DNA from: Antedon mediterranea
Taxonomy: Eukaryota; Animalia; Echinodermata
Length of the DNA: 64,000 nucleotides
Assembly (NCBI RefSeq): GCF_964355755.1
Contig: NC_092671.1
Span: forward strand, 1,426,001 to 1,490,000
Direction of reading: 5' to 3'
Shown here: piece by piece, positions 1 to 14,200 of the stretch
Layout: every line of letters starts with the position of its first letter
Numbering within the stretch: position 1 is the first letter of the stretch
Program-made: the position numbers and the translations under genes
Notes under the pieces: model-generated
The model's input: the letters and a program-made list of their open reading frames with translations, nothing else
Database searches by the model: none
What the model was told of the DNA's origin: nothing

Positions 1-13
1 TATAATTCATATC

Positions 14-832
14 TATGGAACGCCGTTTACGCAACATTTCGATGATATGAATTTTATGACGCGATATGTGAATGAAATGCATCGATATGAATTGAATGGC
101 CTGATATATGAATGAAATGTTTTGAATTGAATGCTTTGAATTGAATTTTTTGAATGAAATGTTTTGATTGAAATGTTTTGAATGAAATGTTTTGAATAAA
201 ATGTTTTGAATGAAATGTTTTGAATGAAATGTTTTGAATGAAATGTTTTGAATGAAATGTTTGAATTGAATTGAAAAGTCAAACTATTGGCGGCGTATGT
301 CATTCCCGCTCGCGATTTTTTTTCAACCTCTTAATAGGCCTAAGCATGGGTACCCTCATCTCCTTTCAACGCTGTCATCAATATGAATCCTTTACAGAGA
401 CTCCCTAACAGACCTGAAACATTGGAATACATATTTCCGAACCCAGGTCTGTTAGGATTCTCTGTAAAGGCAGCGTGGAAGAAAGGAGATGAGGGTACCC
501 AGGCTTAGGCCTAAGAGGTTGAGAAAATAATCGCGAGCGAGAATGACATACGCCACCAATAGTTTGACTTTTCAATTCAATTCAAACATTTCATTCAAAA
601 CATTTCATTCAAAACATTTCATTTAAAACATTTCATTCAAAACATTTCATTCAAAACATTTCATTCAAAACATTTCATTCAAAACATTTCATTCAAAATA
701 TTCAATTCAAAGCATTCAATTCAAAACATTTCATTCATATATCGCACCATTTAATTCATATCGATGCATTTCATTCACATATCGCGTCATAAAATTCATA
801 TCATCGAAATCTTGCGTAAACGGCGTTCCATA
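14..832. mobile_element. Foldback (almost fully palindromic) non-autonomous DNA transposon, IS3EU-like
   Basis: Arms 14-416 and 444-832 are near-perfect reverse complements. Termini are TATGGAACGCCG...CGGCGTTCCATA, flanked by a 6-bp direct repeat CATATC (8-13, 833-838). Each arm has an internal 14-bp tandem unit GAATGAAATGTTTT. TAY..RTA ends with a 6-bp TSD fit the IS3EU superfamily as I recall it. Confidence 0.85.
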
Positions 833-3167
833 CATATCAGTGTGTTTCTAAAGTTTCATACATTTGTAACTATAGAGGGCAGCATACAAGTTAAAAAAAT
901 ATAAGGCTGGCTATCCTGTTAACATTAAAATTACAATGAGGAGGTGCGCTTGCAAAAAAATTGTTCTCTGGGAAGACAAAATATTCAGATCATAACCCTG
1001 AAATGATACTCAATCAATCAAAATCAATTTATCAATTCCATAAAACTAAGGATATAAAAATATGGCAAAGCTTTTAAGCCAAGACCCTTAAAAATAAATA
1101 AGGTAATAAGAAGTTATTTATATCAATAACAATAACAAACAGAATAAACTTGGACGCTGCTACCAGGACCTTGCTTATTAAAATGCACACATAAATACAC
1201 AATTGCAAAACCTATTTAATGTATCAGGTTAACTATAAAATAGAACAAAATTCAGGGTTTTATTATCCCTTTTCAAAATGTTTTAAAACACCATTGAGGA
1301 TTGTCTACCACAGTGCGTTTCCTATGTCAAACACCCTGTAATAAATCTCCTTTATAATGTTCATAATAGGACAATGTATAGACTTTATGTCTTTAAGTCA
1401 CAATCACAATACTAAGAATGTTACCACAAGCACAATCATTCTTTTTATTACACATACTAAATTCATTAATTTAAATAAGTTTCTTTTTCACAAATCTCAC
1501 ACATTTTGTGTTTATAAACAATCGTTATACTTTGTGGTTTTTGGAATATAGATTATTCATCTGCCATAACTTATGTTTTTATGAGACACAAGAGGGCAGC
1601 TTACCGACAAACTTTCTTTTTTTCTAATAAACGTCACTTTATGTTTTGAAATTTTCTACAAAAAGAAGAGTTATTGGTGAGATGTTTTGCCATCCTGTGA
1701 CATAATTTTCACTTGAAAAATATGAACTTCAATGAAAAAGAAAAATAGATATCAAAAATTAATTAATAATTTCACTTTAGTTTTCAAAAGGAGAGAGCAA
1801 GCGTCCCAAGCATTCTATGATTTGCCGCAAGACTCGACCTCCACATCACTAGCCTTACGTTCATACCTCTATACCACTAAGCTACTCCACAGTAGTTATA
1901 CAATTTATCATCCAAAAGAAAAGTTTAATCCATTGTATATTACAACATAACATAAAAAATTGAAAAGATTATGAAACTGGACAGCGTATTAATAATCGTG
2001 TGAGTGAACAAGCCCATACGGCGCTTCATTGCCAAGGAAAAAAGGTTGGAATGGTGTAACTCATGAAATTACCAGATTAACTGCTTTAAAAAGGCACCAA
2101 CAGTTTTACTTGTAGATTAGAATTTGATCGAACATCTTACAAACGCATCACTCTCTTATCTTTTCATCAACTAATGGTTTCCATATAAAAAAAAAAACAT
2201 CTATCATAATGCACTCGATTTTCAGTGCTGTATCTCCACATGACAGATATTCCATTTTTTTTTGTATAAAATTATAAAAACATTTTTTAAGAAGTTCTGT
2301 ACTAAACCCACATTAACAAACACCTGACAAAAATATTTTCTAAATTGTTGTATTTGTTATTATTTATGGTATTGAAAGGAAATAACTGCTTATAAAACTA
2401 TTAGCATCACATATGTTATAAATGTTATATTTGGAGGCTTGAACAGGTGTAGAAAGAAAAGTGCAAACCACATGAGACTTACAAATAAGGAAGTTAAAAC
2501 AAATATTTTCAAATGAAAAATAAAATTGATGATGGTTTTAACCCAGTTAAGTTAATGAGTAAGCCAGTCCTTAAGTATGTACTTCATTCATATAGCAGGT
2601 AAAAAGTAATTAAAACTTCAAAACAAAGTTCTATAAAATGGTTTAATACGGTGATGGTGAAATGTTGATTTTTATTAAACTATCAAAAATGAATTCAATA
2701 CACCAAAGAATCATAAAGGTGTAAGGTAATACACAAACTGCGCATAAAATACCAACAATTGCCATTTAATATCCCAGGGTACAAAATAAACATAATTGTT
2801 TTATTTTACGTTTACCTGAATAAACACTGTTATTGGCACTAAAAACCTCAAAGAATCTATCAATAAAACTTTTAATTTAAAACACATTCATCTTTTGAAG
2901 GATGTTAAACGTATTTTGACATTTAGAGCTACCTGTGTGTGCAAACTAAAATTAATGAAATCAAGTTTATATTATGTTGTTTTTTTGCCTCCTTGACCCT
3001 CTTATTAGCTCCAACTAAAGGCTGATTACTTCAAATTGGGTGGTAAAAAATAAGAAAAAATGTAAAAAGTAAAACTCTGAAATAATTAAAAACCGATTTA
3101 TAATACAAAAAAAAAACCTAAACAATCTTTTTATGTGCAGAAAATTCCAGTAATGATTATATGCACA

Positions 3168-5581
3168 TAGGGTGTGTAGAAAGCGACGACCTCGAATTGG
3201 ACGACCCCAACGACCCGGGCGACCTCGAATTGGACAACCTAGAATTGGACGACCCATAACACGAAACCGACGACCCTAGCCTAGCCTAGGCATGGCCTAG
3301 GCCTAAGTGTGGTATAACATCCCGAAGCCGAACATAGCCAAAGATCTTTAAACCATACCTTATATAATACTCGCAAGCAAGCAATTGATTGAAAAAATAC
3401 AGAAATATCGCCATTTCATAACGAACAGATATGGAACGCCAAGAGTGCATTCATTAAAACTGCATTCGATCCGATTAGCACACGAAATACCAGGTCAAAA
3501 TGGCCCCTTTTTCAGCGGCGGGTGAGAAGGTTTGACCGTATACAATGCATGTGTGAAATGTAAAGCTTTTCTTATGGCCCTCCCCCCATGCACATGTTCG
3601 CAACACGCTGCTTGGTAGGCCTATAGTGTTCGTTATAAGAAGACCAGATGTAATTATACGTCCATGGTTTAACCATGTAATGTATAATATTTATTTCTTT
3701 TTAATTTATTTTTAATATGTCGAATGCAGTTTTAATGATGCACTCTTGGCGTTCCATATCTGTTCGTTTGTTCGTGTCGACACATTCAGTATGAAATGTC
3801 ATTTACCAAACACTCTAAAGCTCGCAAATTACGACATGTGGAATATGCAGCTGATACTTACCTAGGGTACCAAAAGCAAGCTAACAACTTGCCTGTACTT
3901 TACATCTAAATTTTTACAACGCGACGATGTTTTTCACCGTTATATTATAAACTTGTCCTAGCCTAGGCCGGTATTATTTTTTTACACGCACGCCGGGTCG
4001 ATCGCGGTCACTATACTTCGCATGCAGCTAAAGTAAAATGACGTCCCGTTAAAGCGGGTCGTCACAGAGTCTCATGCATATTAATGAAGCAAACTTGCTG
4101 AGAGTGTTTTCACCACGCAACACATGCGACGCGAGATTTATCGAAACTCCGAGCCATCGACTGACGGTCATGTTTTTGACAATTAAAATCATGGCATAAC
4201 GATCGTTTAAAATTTAGCGGTCCGGCTCGATTACATTATATTTAGTGATTTGAAAAAAAACAAAACACCTCTTTTGTCATGATGTCATCGCAATGTGTTT
4301 ATGAGAATCATCGACGGGAAAGCAAATAAAACAACAAGGGTCATGAAATGCTGCAGCATTGTTAATATTTTAATAGTAATACGTTTTAATAAAATTTAGC
4401 CCTAACGGGATAATTTTCATAGGCATACAGTCCTAGCCTTTGTTTTTATTGTACTTAATAAATGGGCGCGTAGTATAGTAGCACTGACCATGTGGCTTCA
4501 TCAACTCTATTGATCGTCTGAGGTACCGCTACTCTACAATACGGGAGTGACGATCACAAAGGATGCCGACCTGCTTAGTGGAACGCGACCAAGCTCACCA
4601 CATGGCTTTTATCAACTTGCTCCTTTTACACTTAACTGTGAATGATCGTTGGTAACGCTAGAGATTGATAGTACACAAAGGATGTCGACGTACATGCTTG
4701 GTGGAATGCGATCAAGCTGGCGATGTGCTCCGACGTACTATTTTCACTATGAAAATGTGCAAACCATCGGTGATTGATGACCGTCGAAACGATACGTGTT
4801 TTTAAAATATATTTAATTAAAAAAAAAAAATATGCCCCCGCTAGATCCGCCACTGGAACCATACCCTCGAAATTTTTTTCTCTATATGCCTATGGCCACA
4901 AATCGCATTTCCGGCTATTCTCTTTTGTTTATGAACTATATTGTTGGTGTAATTTCCAGCTCACAAATTTCAATTGCCGACCTTAATATTGCCGACCTTA
5001 TATTGTCAGAGGACGGCATTCTCTTGCCGACCGAAATTAGGCTAGATCCCTCCTCCTTTCAAGCCTCCTAGCAACAACATGGTACATTAGGGATCGTATC
5101 ATTGAGACTTTAACAGGCATATTCACCATCATGTGGTGTTTAGGTAAAAAACCATGGAATTAAGATGATACCTGAATTCACTCAACCATTGCATCTTGCA
5201 CTTGCGTCCATGTGAGCTGCATGCTTTCTCTATCAAGCAGCTGGCTGGGCACGTCACACACGCACGCGGAGATCTGTGTAGGGGAATACCCTGTTATGTC
5301 AACCAAACAACAACTATGCTCTGTGTACAGCTCGCTAGCTCCAGAACCACGATGTTCAGCAGTTATAAAATAGAACTTATCTTGTAAATTTTAGTGTTAG
5401 GTTTTTATATTTTAGTTAAAATATATATATATATATATATTAATTAAATTTATTAAGGCTTGACTAGGCCTGTAGTGAACAATCGTCGTGTTGTGTTAGT
5501 ATGCCCAGCAAAAAAAAAGTGGGAGGCCAAGCGGAACTCGCTGTTCAGCGGGGGGATCGTACGATCCCCCCGATCCCCCTG
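3168..5581. mobile_element. CpG-rich composite repeat region (nested transposon remnants, class uncertain)
   Basis: Abrupt rise in GC/CpG. Short iterated motifs CGACGACC/GGACGACC at 3184-3276 and TTGCCGACC at 4975-5031. Internal inverted repeat at 3420-3469/3720-3768. MITE-type end CTAGATCCGCCACTG near 4842-4856. Boundaries approximate. Confidence 0.45.
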
Positions 5582-5650
5582 AGTAAAGTATCTTGTTGAT
5601 ATAAAGTTTGCGGTACACCACATGTATTAGTTCTGAAAAGAACTGTTGAG

Positions 5651-5699
5651 TTTCTCGACGTTTCGATCAATATACTTTGATCGTCCTCAGGAATGAGAA
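5651..5699 (-). ncRNA. Minimal type I hammerhead ribozyme motif (Penelope-like element type)
   Basis: Minus strand reads TTCTC-ATTC-CTGAGGA-C-GATCAA-agtata-TTGATC-GAAA-CG-TC-GAGAAA. It has an intact CUGANGA/GAAA/UH core, a 6-bp stem II and a palindromic ACGT stem III. Confidence 0.75.
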
Positions 5700-5755
5700 T
5701 GCAGAAAGTCCAGGAAACTTGGCAAGTATCTTGCCTAAGAATAGAGTCAATATGA

Positions 5756-5911
5756 TGATATGAACAGATTTTAACCCACCTCTCACTTCATATTTCAACC
5801 CCTTGACTATTACGTCATATCACTCTATTAACCTGATATGTACAGATTTTAACCCACCTCTCACTTCATAGTTCAACCCCTTGACTATTACGTCATATCA
5901 CTCTATTAACC
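5756..5911. repeat. 78-bp tandem duplication (2 copies)
   Basis: TGATATG(A/T)ACAGATTTTAACCCACC...CACTCTATTAACC occurs at 5756 and 5834 with 2 mismatches. Confidence 0.9.
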
Positions 5912-7597
5912 ATAGATATAGCAAGCCACTAACCTGTTTGATGTCCAAGAAGATGCTTCAATTATGCAGAGTAAAATCCTTCAAATTCAACCAATTCACA
6001 AATTGTAACACTACACACACATTAATCCATGCAAAGGGAAAGGGATGGTACTGTATACTAAACCTAATATGAAGGAAATACAAAAAGTAAAATGGTAAAT
6101 TAGACTGAATTAAAATATCTTATTTTACCACACAAGTTTTATTGCCAGATTGGTTCCGATATGATGAATCACACAATAAATTTTCAAAAACAAAAGGAGA
6201 AAACGTTTCTAAGAAAAGGCGAGTAGCCATTACAACTATCATGTCATCAGGATGTTTATAAATCAACAGATTATTACAAAGAGTCTTTCTTTACAAAAAA
6301 ACAAACCTCATCTGATCTACACTATCAGGTTGCTAGTGTTCATGTCGTGGAAACTTTATATTATATCCAAAGGCATTTTCTGCTTACTCGTAAATTTCCA
6401 AACACATGCTTATTTCCCTACACAAACTCATTGTTTATATACAAGAAAGGACACCAAAAAAAACAAATCAAATTAAAATCTTCTAGTCAAAACATTTCTT
6501 AATTTTAGATTTAAATAAGGAAAATGGTTAATCAAAAAAGATTTTAAGATGAATTAATTTTTTTTTGTATCTTGTATTATATAAATTAAAAAGTTTCTTG
6601 AAATGTTGTTACAATATTTTATCCAAATAACATTCTACCTGTACACCATATAAAGGAAACAGTTTTATCCCAGAAATGACAATGTTACCCCATATTATAG
6701 GGTTCAACGGCCGAGAATTTCCTACTTAAACGTCACTAACATCATCCGTTGTTAACTCAACCGCATAATGTATGAGGCGATAGGCAATATATCTGACTTA
6801 CTACTAAAAATGCATGTAAATTGGATACAAATGTGCTCATTTTATGCTTCAAATTTATGCTGTTATACAGTATTTGGTTTTTATAATGGACCATGTCAAA
6901 ATTATTATACTGAAGTTACTGCAGTAAATATAGTTTGTTGACCCTGATTATGCAAGTATATAATATATAATAGTAAGCTTTCTTTGCATTGCATTAATTA
7001 TCCTTCTATTTCTTTCATATTTTTATTGCAATTTTAAAATTGAAAAACGGGTCTTTTAACTTTAGTAATGATACTGTATCTTACTATGTTTTATTTGTAT
7101 ATTAATAGGAAATTATTAACTGTCAAATTAATGTTCCTATTATTTATAATAATAACATCATTAACATACACAATGAACTTTTAATATTATTCATAGAGTG
7201 TAATATTGCTATAATTGACATCCTAGATGTCTAATTTTATGCTCTATCTTTACACAGAATGTTTTGACAGCCATCATTAATATGTCATCAACCAACGAAC
7301 AAATTGATAATTGTTTTTACAGATGGTAGCAACTTAAGTTGTGGCATTTAATAACTATTTAGAATCTGATGGTAAAATTTGAAGGTCATAACTTAAGGAA
7401 CAGAATAGCATTGTTGAGATAAATATCCAATTTGAAAAGTTTTAATACTGCTTTAATAACGCTAAATTAAGTCTACCAGTAGATCTGCCAAAAGTTGACA
7501 AAGCAATTTAAACTAATTAAAAATGATAATGAATGAAGGTGATGCGGAGGAAAGATTTAATGAATGAACCACATTTTGGTATCTATTGATTAACGCT

Positions 7598-7716
7598 CAG
7601 TGATGTAGCCACGAGAAATAAAGTGGTGCTTGAACAATCTCTGTTCAAGCTACTGGGTTGTCAACCTCTGTAAAAAAGTGGTCACCTTACCAACCATACT
7701 GGTGGCTATGGCCCTG
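7598..7716. mobile_element. Short MITE with CAG..CTG ends
   Basis: Imperfect TIRs CAGTGATGTAGCCAC ... GTGGCTATGGCCCTG. No clean TSD. Confidence 0.45.
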
Positions 7717-8147
7717 GCGCTCCCCGTTAAAAAAATCCTGAATCTTCCCCAACATTCTCCAGAATTTTGACACCCCCAAATGAGAGCTTGGTGAAACAAA
7801 ACTTGCATAATGAAAAGGGTGATTAACTTTATCTTTATCTATCCTCCATGTCTGATTGAAATTTAATCAAAATATTTTGTTTTGACCATAGCTTTAAAAT
7901 ACTCAATAGTTCATCATATATTCATCGGCACACCCCAAGATCTAAGCCTTTGGGATGCCTCTCAATGCTTTCTAAAGAGATGGAATAATTCCTACATACA
8001 GTAGCTGTTGTAAATGGTTTGATCTTCTTTTAATCTTTGTTATCCTTGAAAGTTTACTTGCACCCAACTTGCATCTAGCATGTAAAGAGTTTATATGGTA
8101 AACTCAGAAAGTGAATAACCTACAGTACTACGGTTTTACTTTACTGT

Positions 8148-8346
8148 CAGTGGCACATGGCTATGAGAGCTCATTGGATTAACCCAGGGGCTCCAGAGCT
8201 CAGATGCCCAGAGCTAAGAGAGGCCGAGAGCTAAGAGAGGCCGAGAGTTAAGAGGGGCCCAGAGCATGAACAGCCCCAATGCAATTAACAAGCATTGGAG
8301 GGCCCTTTAAGAAACAAGGGGCCTTTTGCACCTCACTACGTAACTG
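8148..8346. mobile_element. hAT-like MITE
   Basis: CAGTGGC...ACGTAACTG ends with an 8-bp flanking repeat TTTACTGT/TGTACTGT (1 mismatch). Internal AGAGCTAAGAGAGGCCG repeats. Confidence 0.6.
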
Positions 8347-8559
8347 TGTACTGTATTCATATTGTGTAAAGGGCATATCATTTTGTATAGCAGCTGTAAC
8401 GTTAAATTTGATTGGGTTATTAAACTAAAATCTTAATAAAAATGTTCTTATAAACTCAAAAACTATATACAAATTATTATTTTACCTTGATCTCCAATAA
8501 TAGCTATAATATTTCAATTTTTTTTTTAGTAATTAAGGTAAATGAACTCGAAGTTTGCA

Positions 8560-8720
8560 CTAAAATTTAGTATCCACTTGACCCTACTACACAAAAACTG
8601 ACCTTGTGGTACACAAGTTAACATGTCTGACACGCTCTCACTCTCCAAGATCAACAGACTGGGCATGTATTTTGCGGTATAACGACTTTTAAAAACAGAT
8701 AAACAATTGACTTGTAAACA
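8560..8720 (-). mobile_element. Degraded LINE (CR1/L2-like) reverse transcriptase remnant
   Basis: Minus-strand translation SVSDMLTCVPQG resembles the GVPQGS RT motif. It is collinear with the remnant at 11.0-11.2 kb. Confidence 0.4.
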
Positions 8721-11030
8721 TTGCATTTGAACTCAATTAGATATTGTAAATAATTGAGCCAAACTTAAGCCTGTCATTCAATTAACTTAACTTTCATAAT
8801 TTTACTGCATACACTTGCTTTAAGCAAATGAGTCATCACGGATTGAAGATGTAAAAAACATTCTTAAAATCCTCAAATTACATAAGTACAGTATATGAAT
8901 CATGCTTTATTTTAAGTACCATACTTTAATTTAAGCTTCATTCACATTTTACTTTTTTGGTCAAACTACCAAGCGGTTCAGTCCGGTCAAGTCCTACGGT
9001 CATTCACACATTGATTGTCTTGTTTTAAAGAGTCAAACAATCTGAGAGTCGTGAAATCTACTAGCGAGAGCGCTTAATCGCGAAATGTTTCCATGAAACA
9101 TGCAACATGAAGTGACTAGCTGCGTGTTAACTGTTCAGACTTTCCATCTCAACTAAACGAATTTTACTTTTCAATGTTAAATAAAAGTATAAGAATTACA
9201 AGGACTACACCTAATTTTAAAATTATGTAAAGCAGAATTTGCATATTTTGTAAGGTGTTACTTCATAAATAAAAACATTATAGTGACAAAAACCAATACT
9301 AAAAGGAAAAAAAGATTTACCCATGAAATAAAATCAGAAACTAACTTTTAATATCTCAGCGTTATCAAATAGTTTATAGATCCACCTTGCCAAACCTAAA
9401 ATAAATCTAAATTGCACATGTTTCGCATTAACTATGATGCCGTATGATTCATTATTGATCCAAGATGAAGAGGTGGGAACAGTTGACTAACTTTCTCACA
9501 CTACCAAAACCAATACAAACATCATCATTCATAATATCTTCTTTAATTCTGCCTCCCACTTATGTATATGAATCATCATTGCTAATCTTTCACATGTTGG
9601 TGTCAAGGGCGCGGGTATTAGATTAAGTTCCCAAATTATGAATAATTAGATAAATAATGTACTTAAAAGTTTATATTGGTATCCCTGTCCTTGTAGTTTG
9701 TATGGACTTGATCATGGCTCTATGTAATGGCTACCAGTCTTGAATACTGTACTTCAACTTAACTGACCAATTCTCAGTCCCACCATAGTACAATACAGGG
9801 TCAGAACCAGATTATTGAAAACTGAAAATGAATGAGCTAGCACCCTTTTGTTTTTTAAGATTAAAAATTGTAAAAAGGTCAAAAATTCTACAAAAATTAC
9901 TGAATTTCAAAAATTCTGCATAGGTAAAATATCAAATTTATTAATTTACTGTACACAATTTGAACACAAAATTTATTTTTTAAGTGTGGTGCTTGTGAAA
10001 GTAGGTCACTATATTTCAGGTGGTGCAAACCACAGTCCAGTCTGGTTGAGTTTTATAATAAAATATCACTCAAGGCCAAAAGGAAGTAAATAAATAAAAT
10101 ATCAAATCTGGATTTTTAATGACATTTAAAAAAAAACATACAATGACCATTATTATAACAGTAATCTGTGAAAATTTTACTAATACTTTATACGGTATAT
10201 TACACAGAATTATTAACTAATCTTTAAAAAAAAAAGTGAATGACAAAAACAATTGCCGGATACAATAGTTTTTTACAACTTAGATAATACAATACATTAC
10301 TGTTATTAAGTTTAGCAGGTATTGCTGGAGACGGACGTCTTTGCACGTCGGCCGTCGCTCCCAGAGTTATCAATCTCTCACTCTCTCTGGCTGATACCAA
10401 ACTGGCATATTCCCAATATTGTTGGATATATAAAAATTGTCACAACTTACATAAAACAATGCAATACCGTTATTAGTTAGGTAAAATACAACATTCATTT
10501 AGTTACCAAGATTTATAAAAAGGAGTGGTACACTACACCTACCTTACTCAAGCGTAATCAACCAGAAAGTAAGGCAGAAAGTACAGAAACACTCCTATAT
10601 CATGTAATACAAGTCCCCAATCCTGTTCACCATATGTAAACACTTGTAATGTGGTTTAACAAGTTCAAGCAAGTATCTGATACAAAATGTGATTGTATTT
10701 CACATGTTAAACACTCATCCTTGATTGAAAAAGTATTTAAAAAAAGATCATATATCAAAATGTACCTGTATATAAACAGCTGTAGGACAGAGAGTAGAAA
10801 ATTTACCTTTATGTAAACACACCTGAAGGACAGATAGGATAGGCTACAAAAGTCAATATACCATTTAAGCTGTAACAAAAAGTGAAATAATATCCATCTT
10901 CATCAACAAGTTATTTTATCATCCAAGAAGATCTTTCCACTTGAGAGGAGACTGAAGACCACTTTTGAAATAAATCAGCTATTTTTCCCACTTTTAAAAC
11001 CTCTTCACCTATTTGCCAATTCATAGTAAA

Positions 11031-11240
11031 TTATTGCTCTCTTGATAGACAAACACCATATTTGGATAAAGGTATCACATGACTTGTTTTCTGACCAATA
11101 GGAATCACTATCACTGTACATTCAAGAAAACTTTGGAAGAGACCATTATATATAGAGGTAACAACTCTACTACATTTTTTATAATTATTCAATATTGAAT
11201 GCTGATCCAACATTTTTAATTAGTTGTGCAATAGATGGAG
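11031..11240 (-). mobile_element. Degraded LINE RT N-terminal remnant
   Basis: Translation LFQSFLECTVIVIPIGQKTSHVIPLSKYG resembles the FN.SL....P..WK.A.V.PI.K.G segment preceding NYRPIS in CR1-clade RTs. Confidence 0.4.
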
Positions 11241-14200
11241 GAATAATAGATAGGTGTGTGTTAACTTGAGGATTGAGGCCACGGCACTCTGATAAAAATA
11301 AAAGTACATATAAAGTTAATTTTAGTAAACAGCATAAAATAGAGATTATGCATATTTCTTCAAGGTAAAAAGATATTTACTCATTTGCACCTACTGGCTA
11401 AAATATTTTCATGTCCATTTTTAAAATGTCATAAGTCAAGATTTGGGTCATCTCATATTATCTCCTATGGATTCACCTACAGAAAGTATAGAAATGACAA
11501 TTATAGAGGGCAGCATTTACAAAATTAAACTTCAGAGAAGAAAATGCAAATGTTACAATTTGTGTTGGTTATATCAGGAATAATTCTAAACAGTTGTAAG
11601 TTTTCTTAAGAATCATCAAGGTACTTGATAGTTGTTAAGTTAGAAAGAATTAAAGTCAGATTCAAGTTGAGCTCTTTAAGCGTACCGTTCCACTTTTGTA
11701 GAAATTTGGCTTAATGATTTTCTATTACTTAAGCTTTGTACATTTCTTTTATGCTTTTAAGTTTTCTTATCAGTCTTAAGTATACTCCAAACTGGTCAAG
11801 TGATATATAGATTCATTGGCTTTACTTGGTCTTGGTGATGTTGCTTAACTTAAGTTACATCATACAGTTTTAAGTATAGAACGATGGTAATCTTGGTGCT
11901 AAAAACATCTTTACAGCTTTAGATCAGTAATATCTTATAAACATCAAATTAATAATGAACTTAAATTATGCCCTACATTTTATAAATTGTACAATTTTCT
12001 TTTTACTCATAACGGATTTAGTAGGCCTACATTTTGTAATTGAATGTCATGTTTTAACTTTGTCTAAACTATTTATTATGGTTTATATAGTATATGTTTG
12101 TATACAAGAATATATAGAATATATAGTATATGTATGTATAAGAATTAGTATAAAATTGGCATTAAAATTGCAAAGAACGAAGTAACAGAATACTGAATAT
12201 TTTATAGGAATATATATTTAGTTTTATACTCCAACTATCAGTATATAAGATTAAACAGACTTGTATTTTGAAATTTTAACAATGATTAATCATCAAAAAA
12301 TGACGAGATTCTTAAATTAATTTATTTGATATTCTGCCAAATTAAAATCTATCTATCAATATTATCATATTATAACAGAAAATGTGTTTATAGTAAGAAA
12401 ATTAGCCATGTCTATGTTAAATTTAACTACAGTAGATTCTAAATTCCGTCTATATTCTGGAAGAAAGTACATATGATAAAGGAAATAGACTTACTGTATC
12501 TATCATCATTGTACATCTAGGCTTATCAGTAAGTTATCTACAAACAATTTCTTCCAAAATCAAGGTTAAATTTTGACCCCTAAATTATAATGAAATCACA
12601 CAGTACGTAATTTTCTAAGTGCTTATTAAGGTCTAAACCCATTCTAATGCATTTACTTGCACACAATGTCATTATATCCATTCATGTATAATCACCTTCA
12701 TTATTATTTCATTAACTGTCTTCTTAACTTAAGCAACAAATCTTAATTTTGTGACTTCACTTCTACTAAACAGTGAGAAATTATCCCCAAGGGACAAAAC
12801 ACTGCTGTGACATCAGCAATTAACATTATAAATGGAAATAATAACTTAACTCATTCCTATAGTGCACTAAATTAGTTGAGCCTTCGTCCAATAATATGCA
12901 GTATACAGAATAGCAAGATGTCCTATTAAACTACGTTATATAATTTAAGATGCAATTGAAAGCGGACAGTAAACGAGAATGGCATTAAGATGTACAGAAA
13001 GAGGAATGCATGGCAGATGTTTATGTAAAATGTGCCTACAATATTTTACATCGCAACAATGATATAGTAATTGTGAATCTCAATAGAGTAGTAGTATATT
13101 TCTTTAGTAGTGTTTAAGACTTTTAAAGAGATTCCGATTTTAAAAAATAATGTTGAAAAAAATAAACTAATACTAATAGGTGAAAATTCTTTTATTTTCT
13201 TTGCATGATACAGTATTTGCACAATACAGTATGTTGATACTGTAAAGATAGGATACATTTTTTAATGGAGAAAAGGAGATATTGTGAAGCTTATGCTTAA
13301 AAGTGTAATAATTTCTTGGTTAAAATCCAGTCTACACATACAATTACAGTATAATACAAAAATTGTGATTTTAAACTGCTTTATATCAATGATTGAGAAA
13401 AAAGAAACAGTTCAGTGACAATTCTTAAGTAGAGCTCAAAAAGGACTTAGATACAGGTCATTTATTAAGTTTCTCCAATTAATTTTTAAAGCTATTAAAA
13501 TCTTCTAGAATATATACAATGGTTGTGATGAAGTCGTTCAACTTGTTTAAAAAAGATGCTAAATTAGATAATATCTTTTTGACTTACCTGTCAGAAACAC
13601 CGGAAAAAACTACAATCCAACTTGAAAATTCAATTATAAATATTAAAGCACTGTAATTATAATAATAACAAGCAATTCTATATAGTTTACGATTATTGGT
13701 TTTAATTGAAGAAAACCACAAGATGAAAGCTGGACAATGATGTTACTCAAGTTTATGATCACTAACTTAAATCAAAGAACGTACACTCGCTGCTTAACAA
13801 TGACATTATAGTAAACTTATAACGCGTTTAATACCTACTTATCACAAAATTATTTGATGATTGAAAGAAAGGCTTTGATTTCAAGACATTTTAAAAGGAT
13901 TTGCTGGTAATTGGGTGGAAAATGGATCTAGCTTGAATAGAGAAAGAGGTGTTAAGACGCCCTTTAAACCCCTCCCTCTATACACTAAGCATTTGCTAAA
14001 TTGTATAGACAGACTACATGTCTATGCGTGTTACGCTTATTACAGTATTCAAAAGCATATCATAATTTAAGTTCTATTCAGTAATATTTTACTAAATCTA
14101 TTTAAGCACAGTAAAGGCAACAATACAAACATGTATGTGTTTATTTAAATAATAGTTGGTAAACAAGGATTTACAAAGACTTTAAAGTCAAGGGTATTGC

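Noticed and set aside
13-303. 96-aa ORF with repeated FHSKHFIQNISFKT
   Set aside because: It is a translation of the 14-bp tandem array inside the foldback transposon.
3430-3440. TATGGAACGCC shared with the terminus of the element at 14-832
   Set aside because: Here the inverted repeat extends beyond the motif and there is no 6-bp TSD. An 11-bp match is not enough to link the families.
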